Assembly (NCBI GenBank): GCA_937872225.1
Contig: CALMRZ010000066.1
Location: 61 to 64,060, forward strand
DNA: 64,000 nt
From: an uncultured Spirochaetota bacterium
Lineage (GTDB): Bacteria; Spirochaetota; UBA4802; UBA5550
Reading direction: 5' to 3'
Position numbers and translations under genes: made by a program. Numbering within the stretch: the stretch's first letter is position 1; the number at the start of each line of letters is the position of its first letter. The notes below the pieces were generated by a model. It was not told the origin of the DNA. It made no database searches and saw nothing but the letters and a program-made list of their open reading frames with translations. Shown here piece after piece: positions 47,909-57,140 of the stretch.

Positions 47909-50365
47909 CTATTTTTTTTGCAGCGCCTGTGCGGCAGGAAGCGGGCGTGCCCACTCATCAACTTCACGGTCGACGGCGTATATCCCCGACCGGGGTAGGC
48001 TTTGCTTGCGGTACCGCCCGACGATGCCGAGGGACAGCCTGGTGAGCTGAGAGATTATTGCGTCCATGGATTCTGCCGGAACACCGTAGTAGAGGAAGTT
48101 TATCGGCGAAAGGTCTCCCAGAAGGTAAAGGGTGCGCCGCACTGTTTTGCGCCCCATGGAAATATCAATGGTCACCATCCCACCCTGATCAAGCCCTGTC
48201 TGCGGGTCGTTGATCCTGTTGAACTGAACTTCAGCCGGATGTCCCCCCACGTTCGGCCTGGGAGCTGTCGAAAGGGCATTAAGGTACTCGATCACGCCGG
48301 TGAATTCCAGCGTTTTGGTCGATCCTGATGCAAAGAATATATTCCGGTTCTTTCCCTTCAGCAGGAGCGTTTCGAGGTGCTTCCCGGTCAGGACCGATTT
48401 TCCCACCAGGCCTATGAAAAGGTCCGTTTCAAGAAAAACCGGAAGAGGCACGTCGTCGATCTGGCGGTATTCGTCATTCACGCTGCAATCAAAGCAGAGG
48501 TCGATCCGCAGCAGGTTCTTTTCCAGAATACGGGTCTTGTCCCGCGGATATTTCTCGCACAGGAACCTCCCGATATTGCCGCCGGCCCCGAGGACCATGG
48601 TTTTCCTGCCGGAAAGGGTCAGGCCACGGCCATACAGTATCGATTCAATGGCGTTCAGGATTGAACGCGCCACCTCCTTCGACTCCTCGCTGACCTTTTT
48701 GTTCGAAATGGCTATTGAAAACGACGGAACGCATGAACCGTATTTTGTTTCAAACTGTATGAGACGGTCGTAACCGTTCCTGGTGTGCTCGACGGTGCCC
48801 ACGAGAATGCCGGTCAGCCATTTCCGGAAGGACATGTCGCGGCCCGCCCGTCTGACGCCGAACATCGAACAAACCTGTTCCAGTGTCCTGTCCTCGTGGA
48901 CAAGTTTATTAAGGAAGGGCGCAATGTAGCCGCCGTCTTCAATCAGGAGGACCGTGCGTTTCAGCCGGTATGACTCGATGCAGAATTTGAGGAACATGTG
49001 CCCGGCAAGGAGTTTCATGGCTTCGAAATAATCAAGCTTTCTCTTTTCCAGCATTGATTGCACGTCGGCCAGGGGGCCGGTATCGCTGAACTGGTGCGAC
49101 AGCGAATAGTACACGACGTTCCTCTTGCTCCTGTTCCTTTCGAGTGAGGCCATGTAGAGAGATTCCTGCGGCACATCGAGGAGTATGTCGAGGTACAGGG
49201 GGGGCACGGTGCCTGCGTATTTGACAAAGGAGACCCATATGCGGCCGGCCTGTTTCCTGAACAGCACTTCTATGAATGAAATGATCTCAGAGGTTATGTG
49301 GTGGAGAAGAAATATATCGACATTCCGGAAATCCATGTCGGGATACCCTTTCCTTGAAACGGCATCCAGCTCAGGCATCCGGTGCATGAAAAAATCCATG
49401 CCGGTCTTCCGACGTTTTTGGTTAAAGCTGTAATTGAGGATGCGCGAACGGCGCGAGAGGTCCAGGAAGACGTTCGTGTTTCTCAGGGCGACCTTGATCG
49501 TGGCGCCCGCCGTTAGGAGCTGGCATATTTCATCGGACTCGAGGCAGAGGAGAAGTTTTTTGGATTCCGGAAGGATCTGCCCCGGCCTGGACCTCATGAT
49601 GAGGTCGGAAAACGCGCGGTCCCAGTACACGTTGATGCCGTCCAGGACACCCAGCCTCGTCTTGGCCAGCTGCTCGAAGATCTGGTTGTTGAGCCTGTTC
49701 TCCTCGCCGTAGAAAAACGTGCCACGGTGGCAGGCACTATGGATGTTGTTGGTCAGCGACTCCGAGATCCTGGTGCTTCCCTCGATATAGGTCCTGCTGC
49801 TGATGTCATCAACGGTAACGTGGGGTATACTTTCCAGGTTGATGCCCGCTTTCCGTTCGTTTTCTATCGTCAGCCTCAGGAAAAACTCGCCTGTAAAGAC
49901 GGGGTTTTTAAGCCGCTCCATGATGAACTGGTAGCTGATATCCCGCCTGCCGCCGTCAGCGTAAAACGGGAAGACAAGGGCCCGTGAAGGACGCGATTTG
50001 CCTTCCGATTCGGGATGGAGCTTCCCCATCCAGGACGGCATCTGGAGTGTGCCGAGGACGGTCCTCAGGTGGCCCCTGAATTCATCGCGGCGGACATACT
50101 CGGGCAGCAGTATGCCGGCCCGCGCGTTGACCTGGATATGGAATATGTTCATGGCATAGAGCTCGGGATTGATGCCGGGATTGATCCGGTACAGGAAACT
50201 GACGTCGCCGACACTGCTGTCGACGCGGTTGAGGATGTCATCGCAGAGGATGTGGGCCAGGACCGACAGTCCGAAAAACACGCGCAGTCGCGAGAGGTCG
50301 ATTTCCCAGTAATCGGCCCGCCTGATCAGCTCGGGGCCGAGGGATGATTGTATCCTACGAATCAT
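47909..50365 (-). CDS. Large hypothetical protein (818 aa) with a putative C-terminal Rossmann NAD(P)-binding region.
   Basis: VLGAGGNIGRFL GxGxxG-type motif at about residue 600. No other family recognised. Last gene of a four-gene minus-strand cluster. Confidence 0.5.
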   Translation of the reverse strand: MIRRIQSSLGPELIRRADYWEIDLSRLRVFFGLSVLAHILCDDILNRVDSSVGDVSFLYRINPGINPELYAMNIFHIQVNARAGILLPEYVRRDEFRGHLRTVLGTLQMPSWMGKLHPESEGKSRPSRALVFPFYADGGRRDISYQFIMERLKNPVFTGEFFLRLTIENERKAGINLESIPHVTVDDISSRTYIEGSTRISESLTNNIHSACHRGTFFYGEENRLNNQIFEQLAKTRLGVLDGINVYWDRAFSDLIMRSRPGQILPESKKLLLCLESDEICQLLTAGATIKVALRNTNVFLDLSRRSRILNYSFNQKRRKTGMDFFMHRMPELDAVSRKGYPDMDFRNVDIFLLHHITSEIISFIEVLFRKQAGRIWVSFVKYAGTVPPLYLDILLDVPQESLYMASLERNRSKRNVVYYSLSHQFSDTGPLADVQSMLEKRKLDYFEAMKLLAGHMFLKFCIESYRLKRTVLLIEDGGYIAPFLNKLVHEDRTLEQVCSMFGVRRAGRDMSFRKWLTGILVGTVEHTRNGYDRLIQFETKYGSCVPSFSIAISNKKVSEESKEVARSILNAIESILYGRGLTLSGRKTMVLGAGGNIGRFLCEKYPRDKTRILEKNLLRIDLCFDCSVNDEYRQIDDVPLPVFLETDLFIGLVGKSVLTGKHLETLLLKGKNRNIFFASGSTKTLEFTGVIEYLNALSTAPRPNVGGHPAEVQFNRINDPQTGLDQGGMVTIDISMGRKTVRRTLYLLGDLSPINFLYYGVPAESMDAIISQLTRLSLGIVGRYRKQSLPRSGIYAVDREVDEWARPLPAAQALQKK

Positions 50366-51776
50366 GGCGGATCAATATTTTGAGCATGTCGCTGTCTTTT
50401 GCCTTCCTGTAGGCCCCGGGCAGATCTGCCTCCCCTGCTTCATGTGTTATGAGCCGCGCGGTCATTATCTCCGCAACGGCCGGGTTTTCCGCCAGCAGGT
50501 CAACGGCGCGGTGAAAATCGCCGCACCGGGAAGTCCTTATTCGCCTGCCTGATGCCAGGAAATTCAGGAGCGGGTTACCGCCGTCGCGTCCCCTGTAGAG
50601 GATGCCGCCGCGGGGCCGCACCAGAGAGTTCTCATTGCCCGCATCGGGCCGTATGATGACGTCTATCTCTTCAACGCTTGAAGCGATGCCAAGGTCAAAA
50701 CGGGGCAGACGGTTCCGGAATCCGCTTCCCCCAAGGAGCGCCGCTGCCTCCGTGGAAGAGCCGGAGAAACAGTCCATGCCGGCCGTCCCGGCGTCTTGGA
50801 CGGCCCCGGGAGCGCAATACACCTTCTCATTTGTTCTATTCTCATGTTCCCAGGTATACTCAAGGCTTTCCTTTGAATACGGCAGGAGGGACAGCTCGTC
50901 AACGACAAGTTCAGTCATGTGTTTCATCCCGTAAAACGGCTGTCCATGGGTGGATTTCAGGTGCACTTCGCGCCGGGCCATGACCAGGGCCGATTCAAGG
51001 CCGCCGGGGGACCCCGTTGCTTCAAACACCAGATCAAAATTATTTTTCAACGATTCCGGCCTGACCTGCTCCATGTCAACGGCATCGTCAGCCCCCATTT
51101 TCCTGGCATGGTCCATGCGCCAAGCGCCGAGGGCCAGGGCCGTTACGGAACATGCAGTACCGGAGCTCCTCCGCCACGCGGCAAGGGCCGCGATTATCAG
51201 GGAGCCGAGCCTGCCGGTGCCGATCACGGCGATCCTGTCCCCCTCCTGCGGACGCGACGTGTTTACCGCATGGAGGGCCGCAGCGAAAGGCTCCACCAGG
51301 GCCGCCGTCCTGGGGGGAAGATTGTCAGCCGGTATGACCGCGTTGACCGGCGCCAGGATATAGGGGCCGAAACCGCCGGGGAGACGGTCAATCCCCAGCA
51401 CCATCCGGTCCGGGCAGTGGGTCGGCAGACCTGCAGCGCAGAAGGGATCAGGGTGGGCGTCGCCGCGGGCTTCGCAGGTGTCATTTATCTCGACGACATA
51501 CCGGCCGCCCGAGTCGGGGTCCGTTGCCACAACCTCGTGGCCGAGGACCTGGGGAAGCGGAAAGGGAAGAAAGCGCCTCGCTATATCGGTCGAGCAGATG
51601 CCGCAGATGAGGGTCCGGAGGAGCCGATGCCCCGGACCGAGGGAGAGGTTCTTTTCGCCGTTCCGGATGATCGTCCATCCCTCCTCCCTGCTGCCTTCGA
51701 ATTCATAGCGGGACCTGACAAAGGCATCATCCCTGGTATAATCAAAAGCCTCAAAGGCGATGCGGGTCACCGGCAA
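50355..51776 (-). CDS. Zn-dependent medium-chain dehydrogenase/reductase (alcohol/threonine/sorbitol dehydrogenase-like) with C-terminal extension.
   Basis: CGICSTD...GHE catalytic-zinc signature. Cys-cluster (structural Zn) segment. GTGRLG Rossmann. Confidence 0.65.
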   Translation of the reverse strand: MPVTRIAFEAFDYTRDDAFVRSRYEFEGSREEGWTIIRNGEKNLSLGPGHRLLRTLICGICSTDIARRFLPFPLPQVLGHEVVATDPDSGGRYVVEINDTCEARGDAHPDPFCAAGLPTHCPDRMVLGIDRLPGGFGPYILAPVNAVIPADNLPPRTAALVEPFAAALHAVNTSRPQEGDRIAVIGTGRLGSLIIAALAAWRRSSGTACSVTALALGAWRMDHARKMGADDAVDMEQVRPESLKNNFDLVFEATGSPGGLESALVMARREVHLKSTHGQPFYGMKHMTELVVDELSLLPYSKESLEYTWEHENRTNEKVYCAPGAVQDAGTAGMDCFSGSSTEAAALLGGSGFRNRLPRFDLGIASSVEEIDVIIRPDAGNENSLVRPRGGILYRGRDGGNPLLNFLASGRRIRTSRCGDFHRAVDLLAENPAVAEIMTARLITHEAGEADLPGAYRKAKDSDMLKILIRHDS

Positions 51777-51964
51777 ATCCCTCAGGTAATAAAATTATTC
51801 CCATAACAAGCGACACCTGCAACCAGTATCCGGCTTATTAAAGGGAATTGCAAGGAAAAAAAAACGTACATATCCGGCAGGGTATCCCTGAAGAATGCAT
51901 TAAAAAGACCTCACCGATCAATCAGACCAATTGGGGTGCTAAAACACGACGGATGCGGCATGTG

Positions 51965-52654
51965 TCATTTTGCAATATGAGGCAGCAGGGCTTCGCGCCA
52001 GACCCTGTATCCCTGCCCGTTCAGATGCACGCCGTCAATGGAATAGGAAGGATTGAGCCCCCCCGAGGTGTCCTTCATGGCCCTGTACAGATCGATGTAA
52101 AACACGTTCCGGCCATCCGCCAACATCTTCAGTTTCGCGTTGAGACCGCGAATAAGATCGAGGGGCATGGGCACCAGCCGCTGAACGGTCGGCAGCATGC
52201 TCTGGATGTACACGGTCGTCCGCGGAGATTCGGCACGGATTCTTTCAATGATTTTTCTGTAATTCTTCTCGATCTGCGGGATGTTCCTCCCGATGATTAA
52301 ATCCGCGCCCCCCACCATGATAAAAATCTTCGCCGGTTTCATAGCAATGATTTCATCCAGCCGGTTCAAGACGCCGTCCGTGGTGTCCCCGTCAATGCCC
52401 CGGTTGATGATGCCGCACCGGTCAAAAAGCTCGGACCACTCGCAGCGGTCGGTATGGCTGTCGCCGACAAAAACAATATCAGCCTTCTTTCTGGGAAATG
52501 TCGAAAAAAGGCCTGCCTTGCCCTCGTAATAGTCCGTGCGGAACGGCCTGGTCTTCGCGCGGTAATATTTCCACCCGATAACCCCGGCTATCCCGGCTAC
52601 AAGCAGGACATTGATTGATATTGAAAAAATAAGAATTGTTTTCCCTTTCGTCAT
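51965..52654 (-). CDS. SGNH/GDSL-family hydrolase (membrane-anchored).
   Basis: N-terminal TM. GDSHT block I with catalytic Ser. C-terminal DGVH. Confidence 0.65.
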   Translation of the reverse strand: MTKGKTILIFSISINVLLVAGIAGVIGWKYYRAKTRPFRTDYYEGKAGLFSTFPRKKADIVFVGDSHTDRCEWSELFDRCGIINRGIDGDTTDGVLNRLDEIIAMKPAKIFIMVGGADLIIGRNIPQIEKNYRKIIERIRAESPRTTVYIQSMLPTVQRLVPMPLDLIRGLNAKLKMLADGRNVFYIDLYRAMKDTSGGLNPSYSIDGVHLNGQGYRVWREALLPHIAK

Positions 52655-52668
52655 GGCGCCATGTCCGG

Positions 52669-55338
52669 CTATATGATCTTTTTCCTCTTGCAGTATTCGA
52701 TAGCCGCATCGATGTCCAGCATTTCTTTCAGGCCGGGATTTTTCCCGATGAAGTCGAGGAAATCGACGAAGGACTGGTTATGATACACGGCGAAATGGAC
52801 GGCGGTGTCCTCCCCGGCGGCAAGGTTTTCGAACAGCTTCTGGATGCGCGGGATTCTTTTGGCGATCGTTTTCTTGCCGGCACCCGCCCTGTAAAGCGAC
52901 TGGAATTCAAAGATTTCCTGCGACAGTCGCAATGATCCATCGCCGGTCTTCAGCATTTCTTTCTCTTGGATTTCGACCGGCGCCGGGCCTCCCTTAAATT
53001 CAGCACCACCGCCGCCGGTTGTCCCCGGTCCGTCATTTCCATTGTCCCGCAGATATTCATTGGGTTCCCCGCCGGCGCTGTCCCGTATCTCCGCTGCATA
53101 CGACTCGATTTCTTTCGTTATTTTTTCCAGGTCGCCTTCATGTGGCGGCTTAAACCAGCCCCTTTCATGACCAATAATCTTGAGCCATTTCTCAAGAATG
53201 ATTATCTTTTCGTTATAATCAAATAGTTCCGACCCGGTAATGCGATCAAAGGCCTCTTCAAAATCATTACAGCCGACAAGATCGGAAATTCCATATTTAA
53301 TGGCCGGGGTGACCCCGGCACCCACCAGGAACCGAGAGACATCGGCAGCTGACCCGGTTTTCGACAGCAGTTCCACCAGTTCCAGCAGGTTTCTCCTGCT
53401 CTCGGTATCCGCGATATCCCTTATCGAAATCCGCGTCCTCTGCGGTTTCGCCCGGGCGACCGGTGTTCTTTTTGCCAGGGACCTGTCCTCAAAAAGTATC
53501 TCGTCTTTTACATCAAACGGATCCTGATCGTCGTGGATCATTTCATGCGGCACGGGTTCGAAGTCATCTTCCTTTCCTGGAGCCGGGGCACGGTCAGCTT
53601 CATCCGCCGGCATATCAAGCGAGATGTCCGCCAGGAGCCCGTCAAGCTCGCCGTCGGCGACTCCGGCCTCATCAGACGGCTCAATGCCATGTTCACGGGA
53701 GGATACCGCTTCAGCGTCAGAAGCTTCACCGTGAGCCTCGCTCAGCAGCGCCTCCGGTTCGCCACCGGAAACGCCCTCATCATGACCGGCTTCAGAAACA
53801 GAAACCGCGCCCTCTGTCCCGTCCGAATGTTCATCGGAGATATCGGCCAGCAGGGCCTCCATTTCACCGCCGGAAACGCCCTCATCAGCAGTTGCGTCAT
53901 CTTCAAGAACGGGGCCTGCTTTCTCCCGTGCCCCGGGAGATCCGCCGGCTTCATCATCCGGCAGGATTTCCACTTCTTCACCGGAAACATCCCCATCATG
54001 GGGAACAGCCATTTCGTCCTGGATAGGCTTCAATTCATCGGCCGGAATAGTTTCAATTTCCTCAGCACGGAGCGTATCGAATTCATTGCCGGAAACAACG
54101 CTTTCACCGGATAAGACCGGCGCCGGCCCAGGGTCCGCCTCTGTATCTTCTCCCATCTCTGTTCCATCGGAGAACGCACCTTCCGCGATACCGCCATCAC
54201 CGCCGTCCGCATCTGCCGCGATGATTTCATCTTGCCGACCACCGGCCGGAGCCGTTTCATCCGCTGAATAGTCATTTTCCGATCCGGAAGAAGCGGTCTC
54301 TTCGGCTGCTATTTCACGGAGTACGCTCCGCACGTCATCGTCCAGCGAATCATCGGCAAGCCATATGGCAAGGACCTCGCGGACAACAGCAGCCGCCTTT
54401 TCGCTGTCATAGACCTTTTGATTCTTGAGATACATGCCCCTGACTATGCCCCTTACCTTTTCTTCATCATCGGGATCGAGGGCGTCCAGATAATCCTGCC
54501 TGATAAGACGCGCATATCTGGCGATGGCAGGTTCACTGTCACGGCGCATTTCGGGTTTTACCGCGTCTTCTTCCCTGAGCTGTTCATCAGTATTTTCGGA
54601 GGTATCGTCCCAGTCGGCGGCCGTTTCTTCCAGGGGCGCATCCCCGGACGGGTTTTCTTCGTATGCCGCAGCATCGCCATGGCCCTCCAGTCCCGCTCCA
54701 TAGGCCCGGAGAACGTCGTCCCACTCCATTCTTTTTTTGAGAAGTTCCGCAGCAGCCTCTCCCTTGCCGTCCCGGAATTTCCGGAAAACAGCGTTCACGT
54801 GCGACAGGTTTGCCGCTTCATCATCCCCCGGAAGCCGCTTCATCCGTATCACCGCCTCCTCAACCGGCTTGAGTGACCGGCACAGGCCGGCATCAATGCC
54901 GCGCAGGACGAGGTCATAGAACTTGATGACCATGTAGTGGCCTTCATGCGCCGCCATGTTCACAATTATTTTCCTGATCGCTTCAGGATCAAGGCCTTTT
55001 CCTGAAGCAAGGGCCACGTTAAGTTCCCGTGAATAGACCGGGTACCGCTCGGAGAAAAGGGCATTGACCTTGATATCGGCAACGACATTGAGGTTGAGAC
55101 CGGCCATCAGGGGATGAAGCGATCGGGCCAGGAGTTTTTCAAATTCATAGTAATCGGAAAAGGGGCCTTCCCTGAGGCGCTCCGCTATGCGCCGTGCCAG
55201 GCCGTGACCGGGCACATTCAGGGTGAGTCGGCCGGTTCCGCCGATGAGACCATTGACGATCGCCGGTCTGAGACGGGGATTGTTCCTGAAACGTACTATG
55301 AACTCTTCTATTTCATCGCCGTGCTGTTTCTGTGTCAT
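52669..55338 (-). CDS. Large acidic repeat protein (889 aa), hypothetical.
   Basis: Globular N- and C-terminal domains flank a roughly 300-aa D/E-rich region with repeated VSGGE(M/P)EALL(A/S) units. No family recognised. Confidence 0.5.
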   Translation of the reverse strand: MTQKQHGDEIEEFIVRFRNNPRLRPAIVNGLIGGTGRLTLNVPGHGLARRIAERLREGPFSDYYEFEKLLARSLHPLMAGLNLNVVADIKVNALFSERYPVYSRELNVALASGKGLDPEAIRKIIVNMAAHEGHYMVIKFYDLVLRGIDAGLCRSLKPVEEAVIRMKRLPGDDEAANLSHVNAVFRKFRDGKGEAAAELLKKRMEWDDVLRAYGAGLEGHGDAAAYEENPSGDAPLEETAADWDDTSENTDEQLREEDAVKPEMRRDSEPAIARYARLIRQDYLDALDPDDEEKVRGIVRGMYLKNQKVYDSEKAAAVVREVLAIWLADDSLDDDVRSVLREIAAEETASSGSENDYSADETAPAGGRQDEIIAADADGGDGGIAEGAFSDGTEMGEDTEADPGPAPVLSGESVVSGNEFDTLRAEEIETIPADELKPIQDEMAVPHDGDVSGEEVEILPDDEAGGSPGAREKAGPVLEDDATADEGVSGGEMEALLADISDEHSDGTEGAVSVSEAGHDEGVSGGEPEALLSEAHGEASDAEAVSSREHGIEPSDEAGVADGELDGLLADISLDMPADEADRAPAPGKEDDFEPVPHEMIHDDQDPFDVKDEILFEDRSLAKRTPVARAKPQRTRISIRDIADTESRRNLLELVELLSKTGSAADVSRFLVGAGVTPAIKYGISDLVGCNDFEEAFDRITGSELFDYNEKIIILEKWLKIIGHERGWFKPPHEGDLEKITKEIESYAAEIRDSAGGEPNEYLRDNGNDGPGTTGGGGAEFKGGPAPVEIQEKEMLKTGDGSLRLSQEIFEFQSLYRAGAGKKTIAKRIPRIQKLFENLAAGEDTAVHFAVYHNQSFVDFLDFIGKNPGLKEMLDIDAAIEYCKRKKII
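53741..54110. repeat. Imperfect in-frame tandem repeats inside the acidic protein gene.
   Basis: About 42-bp units cagcag(c/g)gcctcc..caccgccggaaacgccctcatca at 53741-53782 and 53846-53887. Further ccggaaac-containing copies at about 53985 and 54085. Confidence 0.45.
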
Positions 55339-55412
55339 TGGCGGTTTATTGCCTCGCTTGATGTGCTTCCGTGAGGGAGACGGTTCCCTGTCGGGCGCAG
55401 CACTGCCGTTTG

Positions 55413-56903
55413 TCAGGAGATAATGGGGCCGTCATCGGGCCTGGTCGGTTTTTTCCTGGCATGGCGCTCCCCGTATAAACCGTAGATAATGAAGCCGATG
55501 AACATCCAGATGAGCAGCCGCATCCACGTGTCCTGGGGAAGGGCGAACATCTGGGCCAGGGAAACAAGGGCGCCCATGATGGGGACAAACGGCATCAGGG
55601 GAGTCTTGAAGGGCCGGTGCAGCTTCGGCTTCGAGTAGCGAAGGACCATGACGCTGACGCAGACTATCACAAAGGCAAGGAGCGTGCCTATCGATACCAT
55701 TTCACCGAGGAGGCCGATGGGAAAAAGCCCGGAAAAGAAAATGGCGGCAGCCCCGGTGACCAGAGTAGTCACATACGGAGTCCGGTATTTACTGTGCACC
55801 TTCGCGAAGGCGCCAGGAAGCATCCCGTCCCTGGCCATGGTGTAGAAAATCCTCGACTGCCCGTAGAGGAGCACCAGAACGACCGAGGTCAGGCCGGCGA
55901 TGGCCCCGAGTTTGACTATGGGCCGGAGCCAGAAGAAATCATCGCCCAGGGCGTTGATGCCAACGGCAATCGGGTCCGGTACCCTGAGCTGGGTAAAGCT
56001 GACGATGCCGGTCAGTACAAAGGCGACCAGAATATAGAGTATCGTAACGATGGTGAGAGAGCCGAGAATGCCTATGGGCATGTCGCGTTTCGGGTTTTTA
56101 ACCTCCTGCGCAGCGGTGGAGACGACATCGAACCCGATATAGGCGAAAAAGATCACCCCTGCCCCCCGCAGAATGCCGCTCCAGCCGTATTCGCCGAAGT
56201 TGCCCGTGTTCTCGGGGATGAAGGGAGTGAGGTTGTCCATTTTTATGAAGAATATGCCGAAGCCGATGAAGAGCAGGATGACGGTTACCTTCAGCACTAC
56301 AATGACATTATTGAACGAAGCCGATTCCTTAATGCCAAGTATCAGCAGCAGAGTGAAGGTCAGCACGACCAGGACCGCCGGGAGGTTGATGACCGCGCCG
56401 GTGGCATACCAGCCGATTTTCGGGTCATGGGCAAAGGGCGCGCTGGCAAGATATGTCGGGATCACGATGCCGAAGTCTTTCAGGAAGCTGGTGACGTAGC
56501 CCGACCACCCGACCGCCACCGACGACGCGCCGAAGAGGTATTCCAGGATCAGGTCCCATCCAATGATCCAGGCAAAGAGCTTGCCCAGGGTCGCATAGGC
56601 ATAGGTATAGGCGCTGCCGGATACCGGGATCAGGGAGGCGAATTCGGCGTAACAGAGACCGGCAAAGCCGCATGCCACGGCGGATATCACGAAGGACAGG
56701 ACGATGGCCGGTCCGGTGTATTGCGCCGCCACCTGGCCGGTCAGGACAAAGATCCCGGCGCCGACGATGACGCCCACGCCCAGCATGGTCAGGTGCGTCG
56801 GGCCCAGGACACGTTTCAGACCGTGACCATGTTCCTCGTGGCTGTCCACCATGAGTTCTTCGATCGGTTTTCGTTCAAGGTGCCGTTTAATTCTGTGCTT
56901 CAT
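55413..56903 (-). CDS. APC-superfamily amino-acid permease.
   Basis: 496 aa, 12 TM. Typical APC N-terminal signature. Confidence 0.75.
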   Translation of the reverse strand: MKHRIKRHLERKPIEELMVDSHEEHGHGLKRVLGPTHLTMLGVGVIVGAGIFVLTGQVAAQYTGPAIVLSFVISAVACGFAGLCYAEFASLIPVSGSAYTYAYATLGKLFAWIIGWDLILEYLFGASSVAVGWSGYVTSFLKDFGIVIPTYLASAPFAHDPKIGWYATGAVINLPAVLVVLTFTLLLILGIKESASFNNVIVVLKVTVILLFIGFGIFFIKMDNLTPFIPENTGNFGEYGWSGILRGAGVIFFAYIGFDVVSTAAQEVKNPKRDMPIGILGSLTIVTILYILVAFVLTGIVSFTQLRVPDPIAVGINALGDDFFWLRPIVKLGAIAGLTSVVLVLLYGQSRIFYTMARDGMLPGAFAKVHSKYRTPYVTTLVTGAAAIFFSGLFPIGLLGEMVSIGTLLAFVIVCVSVMVLRYSKPKLHRPFKTPLMPFVPIMGALVSLAQMFALPQDTWMRLLIWMFIGFIIYGLYGERHARKKPTRPDDGPIIS

Positions 56904-57140
56904 AGGGGCTGGTTTCCTTCCTGATCCGCCGGAAATAGTGAAATATCGTTGTCAAAATACCAGTTAAGCGGCAGATGACAAGTACATTTTGGGTTTTCAC
57001 CCGTCCGCGGGCATTGCCTGCCTGCATAGATTTATTGTAATTCGCAAAAAATTTACTTGCAGAAATTTAACCATTTGGTTAAACACGTCCAATCACCAAG
57101 ATCTGCAGTTTGCAAGAGTTATTAAAAGGACATATCACAC

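Noticed and set aside
55617-56924. 435-aa plus-strand ORF.
   Set aside because: Antisense shadow of the APC permease. Translation is D/E/R/G-rich with no motifs.
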